NCBI GenBank assembly: GCA_028023455.1
Contig: JAQFVV010000003.1
Location: forward strand, 26,908,001-26,972,000
Direction: 5' to 3'
Source: Epiperipatus broadwayi
Taxonomy: Eukaryota > Animalia > Onychophora
Length of the DNA: 64,000 nucleotides
Below, one piece after another: positions 12,978 through 25,160 of this stretch. The position numbers and the translations under genes are program-made. How positions within the stretch are numbered: position 1 is the stretch's first letter; the number at the start of each line of letters is the position of its first letter. The notes beneath the pieces are model-generated. The model saw nothing but the letters and a program-made list of their open reading frames with translations. It did not search any database and was not told where the DNA came from.

Positions 12978-15258
12978 TTTACATTAGTTGATTTAAAAAT
13001 ATATAAATATTATTTAAATTTTTGACAGATAATAATAAAAATATTTTATCATTAAAATACAGTACATATTTTAAATAATCTTTAATTGAATTTTTTTATT
13101 CTAATATGTTTTTTATTGTTTAAAAAAAGTCAAATAATTAGTCACTCAGGAAGTCATCCAGCATCAGAAGTAGCAGATTAAAATTCCATCTATGCATCTT
13201 TAGGTCTTTCTTCTATTATTTTTCCACTGCACAATGCACCTATAAAGTGAAACCTAGAATTTACACAGAGTCAAGGAAAGATGATATTATTATTATTGTG
13301 ATGATGATGATGATGATAACAACAACAACAACTCAAAGCTCTATTTAAAAAATATTAGAAGTCAAATTTAAAATACATAAAAATCGGTTTATTTTTAATT
13401 TGGTCAGCTAATGAAGTATACTTAAGGATTTAACATTGTCAAAGGTTAGCTTTAATTAGTCTAAATGCTACTATGCATCAAAAACATAAGTATGGCATTT
13501 CTTGCACCATTTTTGTCTATCAAGTGCTATTCACAACATTCATTTATATTACTTAATCCTTCACATATGGTTTTCTTGAATAAGAATGTTTGTAGCTGTT
13601 GGTGTTGTTTTTTTTAATCTACAAAATTGAATACTTAAAATATTTCCACAATTATAAAATGTCTTCTAGTTTTGGAAGCTATTCTGCATTTATTTTTTTC
13701 TCCTAATGTGTTTAAAGAAAGAAAATTAAAATCTATAAATACATTTACTCAGAGAAATGTACCTTGATTAATTAAGTAAAGTGAAGGAAGTTAGTAGCAT
13801 TACTTGATAGATCAAGATCACTCTATAAAAGCCTATATGCACAATCCCATTGCATGAAAATATTTAAGTTTTCAATTTTAAAATTCTGGAATTCTATATA
13901 AATAGACAACTCATTTTAATATGCTAGTTAGCACTTTACTATTTCAAAACAGCCTCCTCCCCCTAGTTAATATATGTAAATATATATATATTGTTTAGAG
14001 ATAATACATTAAAAGTGTTATCCAAAGTTACATTCTATAGGCAAAATGCTCATACTTTTTATAATTATAGCAGTTTCCATATATTTATGATTTTTATATT
14101 TGTACTTTCCATTATCTGCAATTCAAAAAAATATTAAATAAAAAAGTTAGAAATTTATAAATAAATAAAAAATGTTAATTTTTACATTTTATTTTTTTAC
14201 TTCACAATACATAAAGTAGAAGGGATATGTATGTTTTCAATATGTTTGTAATGTATATACAGCCACTTACATATTTGTGCACACATCTAACATATGTGTG
14301 CTTAAAATGCATTATAGAAATGATTTGTTATTGTCCATGAATTTCATTATTTGGGCAAATGCTTGGAACTGAATATGGTAAGTATGGAAGCACTCATTAT
14401 TTTTAATTTGTTGTTAATATTACATTGCTCTTTCTTTCTAATGTTTCATATAAGGATATCTTGTTGTTGTATATTAAATATTTTCTACATAATTTTTTTT
14501 TGATTGCTTCATTTGACATTGTAGTTTTAGGATATGCTTAATCCAAAAATGATTTGTTGATGGAGAGGGTTAAAAGAACAAATCATTAGGTAAACTGCAT
14601 TGAAAGTCAGGAGATTTGACAACATAATGCTTATTCAAATGATATGAATATCAATTTCCCCCCCCCAAAATTAATTATTCAACCCCCCTAATTTTTCTAA
14701 TGGAATGGAAGCAAGGCAAACTTGAATACTAATGATTTCTGAGAAAAGCTAAAGATGGTCAAATGAAAATTAAATGAATATTTTTTAAAAATTTGAACTC
14801 TTAGTATTATAAATATATAGTAACCATATCTTTTTCTTTTGTAATTAGTTAATTAAATGTAACTTACATCTGCAGTTTGATTTAATCTATGAAATGTATA
14901 TAGTTCATATATTGGATATGCATTGATCTTGTTCATATTTCCATAAGGGCTGATTTTGTTTATTTTAATTAGCTTATATAATCCAATCAACAATCAAAAT
15001 ATTTTATAAAAATACTTTGAAAAGTTTTGTGTAACAATTGGGAATATATAGAGAGAAAGTATAGTGTTAACAAAGGAATGCTATATATCCTAATCTTAAT
15101 GGAAACATTACTGATATATGAATTTGTGAATACACGTTGAGATACAACATTTATAAATTTAATATATATATATATTAATGAAATATAAAGAAAAACCATT
15201 CAAAAAAATGACTTGTTTTTTTAATTAATTCTAAAATTAAAGTTTTACAAACATTATG

Positions 15259-16670
15259 TAATAACAAAATAAATAGTGATGGTATATTATGCTGGAAAGA
15301 TTATAATTTATTTACAATTACAGCTGCTTTCGACCTGGGCAGGTTTATATAAATAAAATTTATAAGTTAAATAATTTAAATATACTATTTACATGATAAT
15401 GTAATGCATGGATCTTTTTTGTTTATTGTGTTAATTTTATTTGCAGAAAACTATGCCTCTTTATATATTTTTTTGTTGATTATTGTGCTCAGTACAAACA
15501 GCTTTAATATTATAATATTATCATTTATTTTCTTTATTACTTTTACAATGCTTCATATAATTCCAACCCACTACTGATGCAATAGTGAGTTGTAATTATA
15601 TGAAGCACTGTAAAAGTAATAAAGAAAGTAAATGATATTAATATTATATGGATTTGCCAATGCAATAAGAAAGAATTTTAATATTAACTGGACTGAAATT
15701 GTGGCCAAATTCAATTTCATGTTCCAAAAATATAGATTTAATGTTGGGGTCTGTTTTAGCATATATATATATATAGTTGTGATGTGCTAATCTTGTAGTG
15801 CAAATGGGACAAGACTCACTATAGTAAATTGTATTATATATTGGTCCATTGCATTTAATTTTATAAACTATTTGAAGAGTTTAGTCTGGAGATAATTTGT
15901 CTTTAATATTGTTCAACATTTGATTATGATTAGGTGGTGTTATAAAACTAATATTGAATTCGTTGGAGCAAATTGTTTTAATCTTTTTAGATATACATGG
16001 ATCAGCTTTCTTTTTATACCATGTATATCTAAAAAGATGAAAACAATCTGCTCAAATGAATTCAATATTAGTTTTAGAACACTAAGATGAAAACAATTTG
16101 CTCCAATGAATTCAATATTAGTTTAATAACACCACCTAATCATAATCAAATGTTGAACAATATTAAAGACAAATTATCTCCAGACTAAACTCTTCAAATA
16201 GTTTATAAAATTAAATGCAATGAACCAACATGTAATGCAATTTACTATAGTGAGTCTCATGCCAATTGCACTACAAGATTAGCACATCACAACTATATAT
16301 ATATGTATAAACTTGCTAAAACAGACCATAATATTAAATCTATAATTTTGGAACATGAAATCAATTTTGGCCACAATTCCAATTCTCTTAATATTAAAGC
16401 TGTTTGCACTGAGTACCATGATTGAAAATTAAAAATAAAGAGGCGTGATTTATTGCAAATAACATCAATGCAATAAACAAGAAAGACTCATGCATTGCAT
16501 TATCATGTAAATGGTTTATTTAAATTATTTAACTTACAAATTCTATTTATATAAGTCTATAATTAGTTCTATGAATATGACCGACCTGGTCGAAAACAGA
16601 GCTAAACTGTAATTGTAAATAAATTATAATCTTTCTAGCATAGTGTACAATCACTATTTATTTTATTATA
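15259..16670. mobile_element. Penelope-like element 3' fragment (GIY-YIG) as a head-to-head inverted duplication
   Basis: Arms of about 650-750 bp are inverted around about 16010. The plus arm from 16087 translates as ...IKDKLSPD*TLQIVYKIKCNEPTCNAIYYSESHANCTTRLAHH...KSIILEHEINFGH, matching the PLE GIY-YIG pattern (VYKI.C..C...Y.GET...TR..EH...S.I.EH). An HHR-like tail GACC/GGTC-GAAA lies at 16579-16595. Confidence 0.85.
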
Positions 16671-19600
16671 TTTAAATTAAGGAAAGAAGAAATATTATTG
16701 AGTTATATTATGAAATAATATTTACCTAATGTAAAAATGTTTTTTATCTATAAATGCTTCATATCTTTAAATAAAATATTTATCTGATCAGCTAAAGATG
16801 AATTCTTTATGTTGGCAGAACACAGTCATTTATTTTTATAAGTGGATAGTCAAAAATGTTCCCCCATAAATTTAATTGATGAATTAAACAGGAACCTTTG
16901 CTTTTTACAATTATTTCTTAGTTTTAGAATAATTGTTCATTGTGATCATAAATTTTGCTAATGGTTATTATCAATAGATGCAATTTTAATTAATGGAATC
17001 CATATTTTTTTTTAAAGAATTATTAAATCGATAGAATATTCATGATTCATTAATTTTTATCGTAGTTTTAATAATTGTGTTATATATAGAATTTAATTAT
17101 TTAAAACAACCTTTAAATAACTAACTGTGTTTTCTAATAGCTCGCCAAAAAAAGAATAATGAAGGAAAAGCCATTAATCACCAGGCTATGAGAGTTTAAT
17201 CATTTCTCTGTTTTCTCCCCATCTAGCTAAGAATACTAGTTATTTATTTACCAAACAATAATCAAATGACTGTCTAAGTTAGCTATAAGCAAGCTATCTT
17301 GATAGAAAAATTCTAAACTTTTTCATAACCTGAAAAGTAATCTAAATGTCACTTCATACCTTCTTGTCATATATATAACAAGAGTGCTTGTTTCTCCAAT
17401 TGCATCTCAAGAACATATTCTTTCTAAATCAAAACTGAGCTTAAAATATTAATTATAATCTATTACAATATTCTCAATTGCACAGAATAAATTTAACCTA
17501 TTTTCTAATATTTCTAAATTTTATAATATTAGGCTTTTATCCGAAATGATCATACTGATGAACATCATATGATCATTAATTACATTTGTTGTTCGAAGAA
17601 TTTCTCTATTCTCCCCCCCCCTCCAGAACCATCTTTTTTATGCTTGAATAATCAATAGAAGCTTAGCAATATTAATATTAAATCTACATTCAGTACTATC
17701 CTAACCAATATCTTTAGTCTCATTTTTTGTTTATGGTCTGCATCAATGAAGAATTGGGATTATTGATAGAATAGCAATGGAACCATCTAGTATTTATTAA
17801 AAGTTTACAATAGATAGCTCTAAAGTAAATAAAGAGAATTGATGTAGTAGTAGTCATGTGATGTTGCTGGTTTTATAATATCCTTGTCCACACTCATTAT
17901 AAAACTGAGTTTACTAAAATATATTGTTGATGGTCTCAGTGCACATCTACATAACTGTGCAAGTAAAAACAAAATATTAAAGTGTTTAATTTTAAAGGGG
18001 CATCTGATGAATTGATTCCAAGTTTCTCCTAATGAAGACCATAAGTCAGAAATTAATTTGAGAGTGTGAATAAGATAGGGCGGATAGAGATTTAATAGCA
18101 TTATCACTTAGTGGCTATTAATTACTCAAGTTTATAATAAAGAGCTTTGAAATAAGGAAAATTAATTTTAGCTGAAGAAATCCAAACTGTTGAAAGAAAA
18201 ATTACTGGTCATTCTATAAAGAAAATAACTTAAGATAATGGTGAAGGATATATCTTAAAACATCTTATGATCATTTTTTGGTCAGTTCAAGAACTATTTG
18301 TTTTAATTATGTAGATTGTTATCTTTCATCAGTGTTTCAATAAACTAGAATTCAGCTAAACTTTCATGTGATGCCTATGAGGAGCATATAAAATATTATA
18401 GTAATAGGAGATTTCAGTTCAAATTCTAAAAAGCATATCACATAAGCAAAGCTAATATCTATGTTATGATGTAAAAACCTTTTTTAAAATACATTCTATC
18501 TCTTAAAATATATATGATTGTTGTTCAGTTATCTATCTTAAAGTTAGATAAAATAACCAAGCAATAGCAATTAGTCATAATCGATCATAGTTTGCCGTTG
18601 CTTATTACACTTTAGTACAATTTATTCTTGCATCTCCATTTCAGAGCTGTGTAATAAAATTTAACAAGTCCTAACATTTATTATGATAAGGTCCATAAAA
18701 AATAATATAGAAAAGTAATAACCATGAAGCCTTGAAATAAAACTGAATCATACCTGCATAATCTTATAAGCGAAAGCATACATGTCTGAAGCATATCATG
18801 CTAATAAGTATCAAAAGGTTCTAAGCCTGGAGAAATTAATAATAAATTATATATTTATCATTTTCAGGGGAAGCAAATGTACTACTACAGGATCATGGTT
18901 TAAGTGTGTTAATATATACAAAGTATGTGTGCTTTTATAAATACTTTTTTAAGAATAGTTTGCATAATCTGTTTGTTATCATGATGAGTAATAATTCACA
19001 AGCTTTATTGACTTGATATTATCTATATGTATCTTTTATCTTCGATATTTATATTTAGTGACAGAAGAATTATTTTTTTATATAAATTTTTGAAGTAATT
19101 ATTTAGAAAATTTAAAATAAAAATTGGAAAAACTGCTAAATTAAAGCTAAAAGAAATAACAGTAAAAAAAAAAGATAGCATAAGATTATTATTGTAACTA
19201 ATTAATTGGTATCTTATCAGAAAAATTATTTTTTTGCGAATAAAGTCTTCATTAAATTGATGTGAAGATACTTTTATCACAAATTATACAATTTATTTAA
19301 CTGAGGAAATTTGTTTTTCTGATTCAAATGTAAATATATACATAAGTTTATAAATTAACTATTTAAACAAAGATTAAACAAACTATCCGATCAAATCATC
19401 AGTAATAATTATGTATATATATATATGACTCAGTGTCTTCACTGAACTTTTATTATTCAATTTAATTCAAAACATCACTTTTCTTTTTTGCATCTTCAAT
19501 TCACTTTTTAAATTTTATTTTGGATGAATCTGTAGTCTTCAAGTTGTTTAATTTTTACATAGAGGAACAGATCTCTGATGATGCATTTTCACCTGAAACA

Positions 19601-19734
19601 ATGAGAAGAAAATAAAGTTGTTTGGGAAATCATAAGCAGAAATGATATTATTGAATTTATATAAATTAAAATTATATTTACATTCTCAATACAGATATAT
19701 TTGCTTTTGGAACTGCACTTTTATTTTGTTACAT

Positions 19735-20288
19735 TTGTAATACATTTAAAGATCAGCCTTTCAAGCTATTGTGCATACGCTTTTTACAAGTGTTAATAAT
19801 AAATGAATACTTTCATTCCCAACACGAGATATAGTATTTATGAAAGAATAAAATGAATCACTTATTCTTTCCAACCCAAATGCTTATATATGGGCAAATC
19901 TTAAGTACTGGAAATGAAAGCGTGAGGATAAACCACTCACTTTAAATTACTGTTTACGATATTTGAATGAATGACATTGACAAAATTATCTGGAATTTGA
20001 TTTCATTTGAAAGTGACATTTAGTAAATTCCAGATAATTTCATCGACGTCATTCATTCAGATATCATGAACAGTAATTTAAAGTGAGTGGTTTATCCTCA
20101 CGCTTTCATTTCTAGTACTTAAGATTTGCCCATATATAAGCATTTGGTTTGGAAAGAATAAGTGATTCATTTTATTCTTTCATAAATACTATATCTCATG
20201 TTGGGAATGAAAGTATTCATTTATTATTAACACTCGTAAAAAGCACATGCACAATAGCTTGAAAGGCTAATCTTTAAATGTATTACAA
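19735..20288. repeat. Near-perfect inverted repeat, arms about 265 bp, spacer about 26 bp
   Basis: 19735-19998 is the reverse complement of 20025-20288 with scattered substitutions. Confidence 0.9.
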
Positions 20289-20702
20289 TTATAAACATAG
20301 CGCTATATAAAATAGATGCTTATTTACATTTATTTATTTGGAATATATAAATAAACATAATACAATTATGATTCTAATATTGGTGGACATTTTTTAGGTT
20401 CCGGTCGAACTTAGATATATATAACTGACCCATAATTAACTGAGTTCAGTCATTAAATTATTCATTAGTAAATATGTGTCTAATTATTCTTAACAAGAGG
20501 ATAAAATCCTCATCACCCAGCATTTAATTAACTGGTAAATAATATTTTCTTTTTTGCGTTTTTTTTAAAGAGATGTTCAAAACTTCTTTTTCTTGCAATT
20601 GATTATTTGAAGAGTATTTTACTATTTTTCTTCAAATCTTTATGTATTTAATTTTTAAAAAAATAATAAGTGTAATAATGCTCAAGACTAAACAGGTTTA
20701 TA

Positions 20703-20877
20703 AGTAACCATTAAAAATCAGTCAACATTTAGACAATCAACAATTTCAAACTGTTGTCAAGGCAATCCTGGGATTCCACCTTTATTGTTAAAAGATTGCC
20801 TTGACAACAGTTTGAAATTGTTGATTGTTATCTATATTGGGATTGTCTAAATGTTAACTGTTTTTTAATGGTTATTT
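20703..20877. repeat. Small fold-back with arms of about 65 bp
   Basis: caacaatttcaaactgttgtcaaggcaatc is inverted as gattgccttgacaacagtttgaaattgttg, and the outer arms also match. Confidence 0.8.
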
Positions 20878-23480
20878 AATTTTGAATACTTTATAATATT
20901 TTAGTTAAAATAACAATAACTTCCATTGTTTCATCTATAATATAGGATCATATTTTTTTAAAAATTGACTGTAAATATCTATTCTTTCAGAGTTTGTGGA
21001 TGCTTTTGTGATTGAAGTACTAAAAACCAGTCAACTTCAATTAAAATATATTGGATTTTATACTTTATATACATATATTTATAGTATTTCTAAAAAAAAA
21101 ATTGTTTTTACAATTTATTTAGAACATGCTTTCAGAGTAACCAGGTCTTTCTATTAAGAAATAATTAAGAAGATATTACTCAGCTAGCAATTGATGATGG
21201 TTTTAATACTTTTTATTCTTGTTTTTGCCTGTAGCTAAGAATAGCTCGATATCCATTTACTGACCAATATGTATGTTTATCTGGATTTGATATAGACAGG
21301 CTGCTTGAAAGAAAAATTTACCTGATTGAAACCTTTTTTACCCAATCTGGATTCAAACTCAGGTTATGGTATGGCAAATGGATTACCCTGTATTTACATA
21401 ACAAGGCTCTTGTATTGTGATTACATTATTAAATCTTGATCTGTATGGTTTGGTGCAATGATAAGGTGACAGAATTCCCAAGCAATAAATCATTCTTTAT
21501 TTATTTACAGAACCTTGAAATAACTATAAGTCATAGTAAACCTTAAAAAGACCTCATACAAACATCAATTTTTTTGCAACTCAAAAAGGAAGTGAGCAAA
21601 AAGTGGAGAATCAACAAGGCAGGGTTTATCATCAATGCAAATAATGTCTTGAGTAAACAACTACAGAGTAGCAGTGTAGTTAAGCAAACATTTATAACCT
21701 ACAAGAAAAAACATCTATATATAATGTAAAAATAGATTCGTTTTGTCAAATTATATTAATACTAAAAAAAAAAAAAAAAAGCATTAGGATTTTATTTTTA
21801 AAAAATTGGAAACGTATTTATTCTTCAGTGCAAGCATAAGCATTAATAATGTAATTCATGCTACATATACAGAAAAAATTATTGTATATTAAATTGGATA
21901 GTAAACAGAGCCTATTTGTGTTTTTCATTTCTTTTTAAAACGTTGATAAAAAGAAAGCAAAATTGTATTGTATATTATTAATAAAACAATTTATCAACTC
22001 TTGCATTATGATAATAAATAAATAATCAAATGGTTAATTACTCAGAAGATCATATGACATCAACACTAAGGGACAGATTGGGTTTTGATTTAGAGTCTAA
22101 CGTTTTATTAATGTGCTCAATTGCTCAGAAAACATCATCAATGTAAAAGTAATAATAATTGTGATCTGGAAACGAATATTTAAAAAATTGGGTTTTATAC
22201 AAAATCTGTATGTGTATATTTATGTGGTCAGTCAAAGGAAAATCAAGAACCAATTCCGAGTCCTGATAAAGGCTCTTAATAAATCCCCAAAGCAAATATT
22301 TTTCTGTTTTATTAATAGCAGAAATAATAATAACAAACAATATTGAACTTTAAAAAATCAAAATAGTAACAACTAATATATATTTTTACAAAAAACTATT
22401 GACAATTCCAAGCTCCTATGTTTTAAGGAAAGTAGAGAAAGCATTTAGCAGATTAATCAAGAACGGCTATTTATTGTGATTCCTAACACATTAAAAATAG
22501 ATAGTCGAATATTTGTATTGATGGCTATTGAAAATTATACATCTTGAATTTTTTAGTAAATTGTCATTCATTTAAGTTAGAAGTTTTAAAATAGGTTTTG
22601 GAGAATCCTGGATTGAACTCCTTATCTAATCTATAAAAAAAAAAAAAGACTAATTTTCTGGAAGTCTTTAAAAAGATTAATCCAATGAAGAAGAAAAATT
22701 CTCGTAGAATATAAACTATTGGTGAACACAAAACTCTTAGCAATGAAACTTTTAATAATTGGATTGTTTACTAGTTTATACTTTGGTTTCATTGTTAAAA
22801 CTTGATTAGATAATTATACATGTATGTATATAGTCAATCTTTTTTTTTCTTTTCTGGTTTATTCAGAATGCAATTATTTACTATAATGAGATTTTTAATG
22901 ACCATAACAAAGAAAAATAGAAAGATATTTATAATAATAATTGATAGATTACAAAAGCTGAGTTGGAAAGGAAAGGTTAGATCAATGGATTAAGGTAATT
23001 CTTATTTGGATTTCAAGAGAAAAGTATCTTTAAAAAAAGATATTTGAAATAAAATGATGAGAACAGTTTGCTAAATTGTTATTCAAGTATGATAATAATA
23101 TCAAAAATATATCAATTCTTAGAACACTAAAGAAAAATGTTTCAAACTTCAAGTTCCCAATTTATAAGAAGATTCTGTATAAATTTAAGATCACGATTAG
23201 CAAGTTGGGATTTTATTTTTTCAACATTCATTCCATATTCAATATAACTAACAATCTAACATTGGTCAGTAAATGAATATCTAATTATTTTTAGCTACAA
23301 TGTTACAAATCAATCTGAATTGATCAGATGCATATTGAAGTGCTTATTGTAAAACAATAAATAAGAATGTAATACACTGTGACTTTCATTAGATGATGGG
23401 AGGAAATGCCATACTTTATGAGGACTGAGCCTGTGAATTATCTTTACTTCATGATGATAAAGGTTTTATTATTTTATATT

Positions 23481-24508
23481 CATATATATAAATGAATACA
23501 CCAAATTTTTTTTAAAATTTGTTTTTATATGACTATTATAAAAATAAAATAATACACCAACGTTTTGACTATTTTATAATATAGTCTTTTTAAGGAACAC
23601 TAAAAAATATAAATATATAATAAATATCACATATTCCAAACAAATTCAAAAACATTAAAAAAATACTAAAAAATTATATTTATTTCAACATCTTTTCTAT
23701 TACAAACAATCTTAAAACTTTATCAAATTTTTTTCATTTATATATCCATTCAAAAATCCCCTAAAAACATTTAATTAACAAATCTATTATTTTCTTTTCT
23801 ATTAGCATTCTATTTAATTCTGGTTTAATTTCATTAATGTAAATTCCTTCCTTTATTATTCTTTCATGATATGACTTTATACATTCTAAAGGTTTTATTT
23901 CAAAATCTTTATGGTTAAATTTATTCTTATGATTATAAATAGCAGAATTTTTATCACTTAAATGCTATTTTAATCTAGTTTCTAATTGTACAAAAAATAA
24001 ATTAGAAACTAGATTAAAACAGCATTTAAGCGAAAAATTCCACTAGATTAAAACAGCATTTAAGTGATAAAAATTCTGCTATTTATAATCATAAGAATAA
24101 ATTTAAACATAAAGATTTTGAAATAAAACCTTTAGAATGTATAAAGTCATATCATAAAAGAATAATAAAGGAAGGAATTTAAATTAATGAAATTAAACCG
24201 GAATTAAATAAATGCTAATAGAAAAGAAAAAAGAAAGTAATAAATTTGTTAATTAAATGTTTTTAGGGTATTTTTGAATGGCTATATAAATGTAAAAAAT
24301 TTAATAAAATTTTGAGATAAAGAGAATTTTTTAGTATTTTTTTAATGTTTTTGAATTTGTTTTGAATATGTGATGTATTTGTATTTTTTAGTGTTCCTTG
24401 AAAAAGACTATATTATAAAATAGTCAAAACGTTGGTGGGTTATTTTATTTTTATAATAGTCATATAAAAAACTAAAAAGAAGTTTGGTGTATATATTTAT
24501 ATATATGG
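23481..24508. mobile_element. Penelope-like element 3' end (GIY-YIG C-terminus plus pLTR) as a head-to-head inverted duplication
   Basis: Arms are about 23481-23986 and 24001-24508. The plus arm from 24042 reads TRLKQHLSDKNSAIYNHKNKFKHKDFEIKPLECIKSYHKRIIKEGI*INEIKPELN, the typical PLE endonuclease tail (TR..EH...SAI..H...R.I.E...I...P.LN). Each arm carries a different premature stop. An HHR-like motif lies at 24396-24435. Confidence 0.9.
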
Positions 24509-24996
24509 AAAATTATGAACTATTTTTGAAATAAAAAATGTGTAGCTATTTTAAAATTTGTTATTTTATATTTACAAATTTTAACACATAACACTCATCT
24601 AATCAATCTAAAATTTTCTGGGATTTTTATCTTTCAGCTAAGAAAAAATAGACACTGAACAGTTAATTAGATTAGCTATGGTCTAATCATTTTCAAACAT
24701 CTAGAGTGGCCTCAAAAAAATTTATTAATTATCTGGAAAAAATCTTGAAACTTCATATATGAATTCCAGATTATAGACATAGCAAAAGCTAATCAACATG
24801 ATTGCAATAGGGGGTGTATGTTTTATCATAAAAAAACTGGAAGTTGGAAACATTTTTGACTTTATTGTATAGAACTGCAAGTATCAATAGAAATTATTGT
24901 CTGAAGGAATAAATAATAATAGTAATAAATACTGTCACCCCCAAGAATTTGAGCTACGAAGTAATCCATAATTTTGTTTGAGCAATTTATTAGAAA

Positions 24997-25160
24997 AAAT
25001 ATTTGAAATGTTCTCAGCTATATTGTTTCAGCCACAGTCCTTCTTTAAAATAAAGAATAGCCTGATTTTTTTTCAATGGGCTCTAAAAATTCAGGCAATT
25101 TTTTTTATTTTAAAGGTGTGTGACTGAAACAATATAGCTATTGGACGTTGCAAATATTTT
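24997..25160. repeat. Small degenerate fold-back, possibly a PLE terminus
   Basis: agctatattgtttcagccaca is inverted as tgtgactgaaacaatatagct; the inner cctga/tcagg also match. Confidence 0.7.

Noticed and set aside
17100-19300. Possible very old LINE relic on the minus strand
   Set aside because: Only faint RT-like words (CGQG, INIAK) are visible, and no ordered motif set could be read.
22100-23300. Possible decayed retroelement ORF on the plus strand
   Set aside because: It looks coding-like but no diagnostic motif was recognised.
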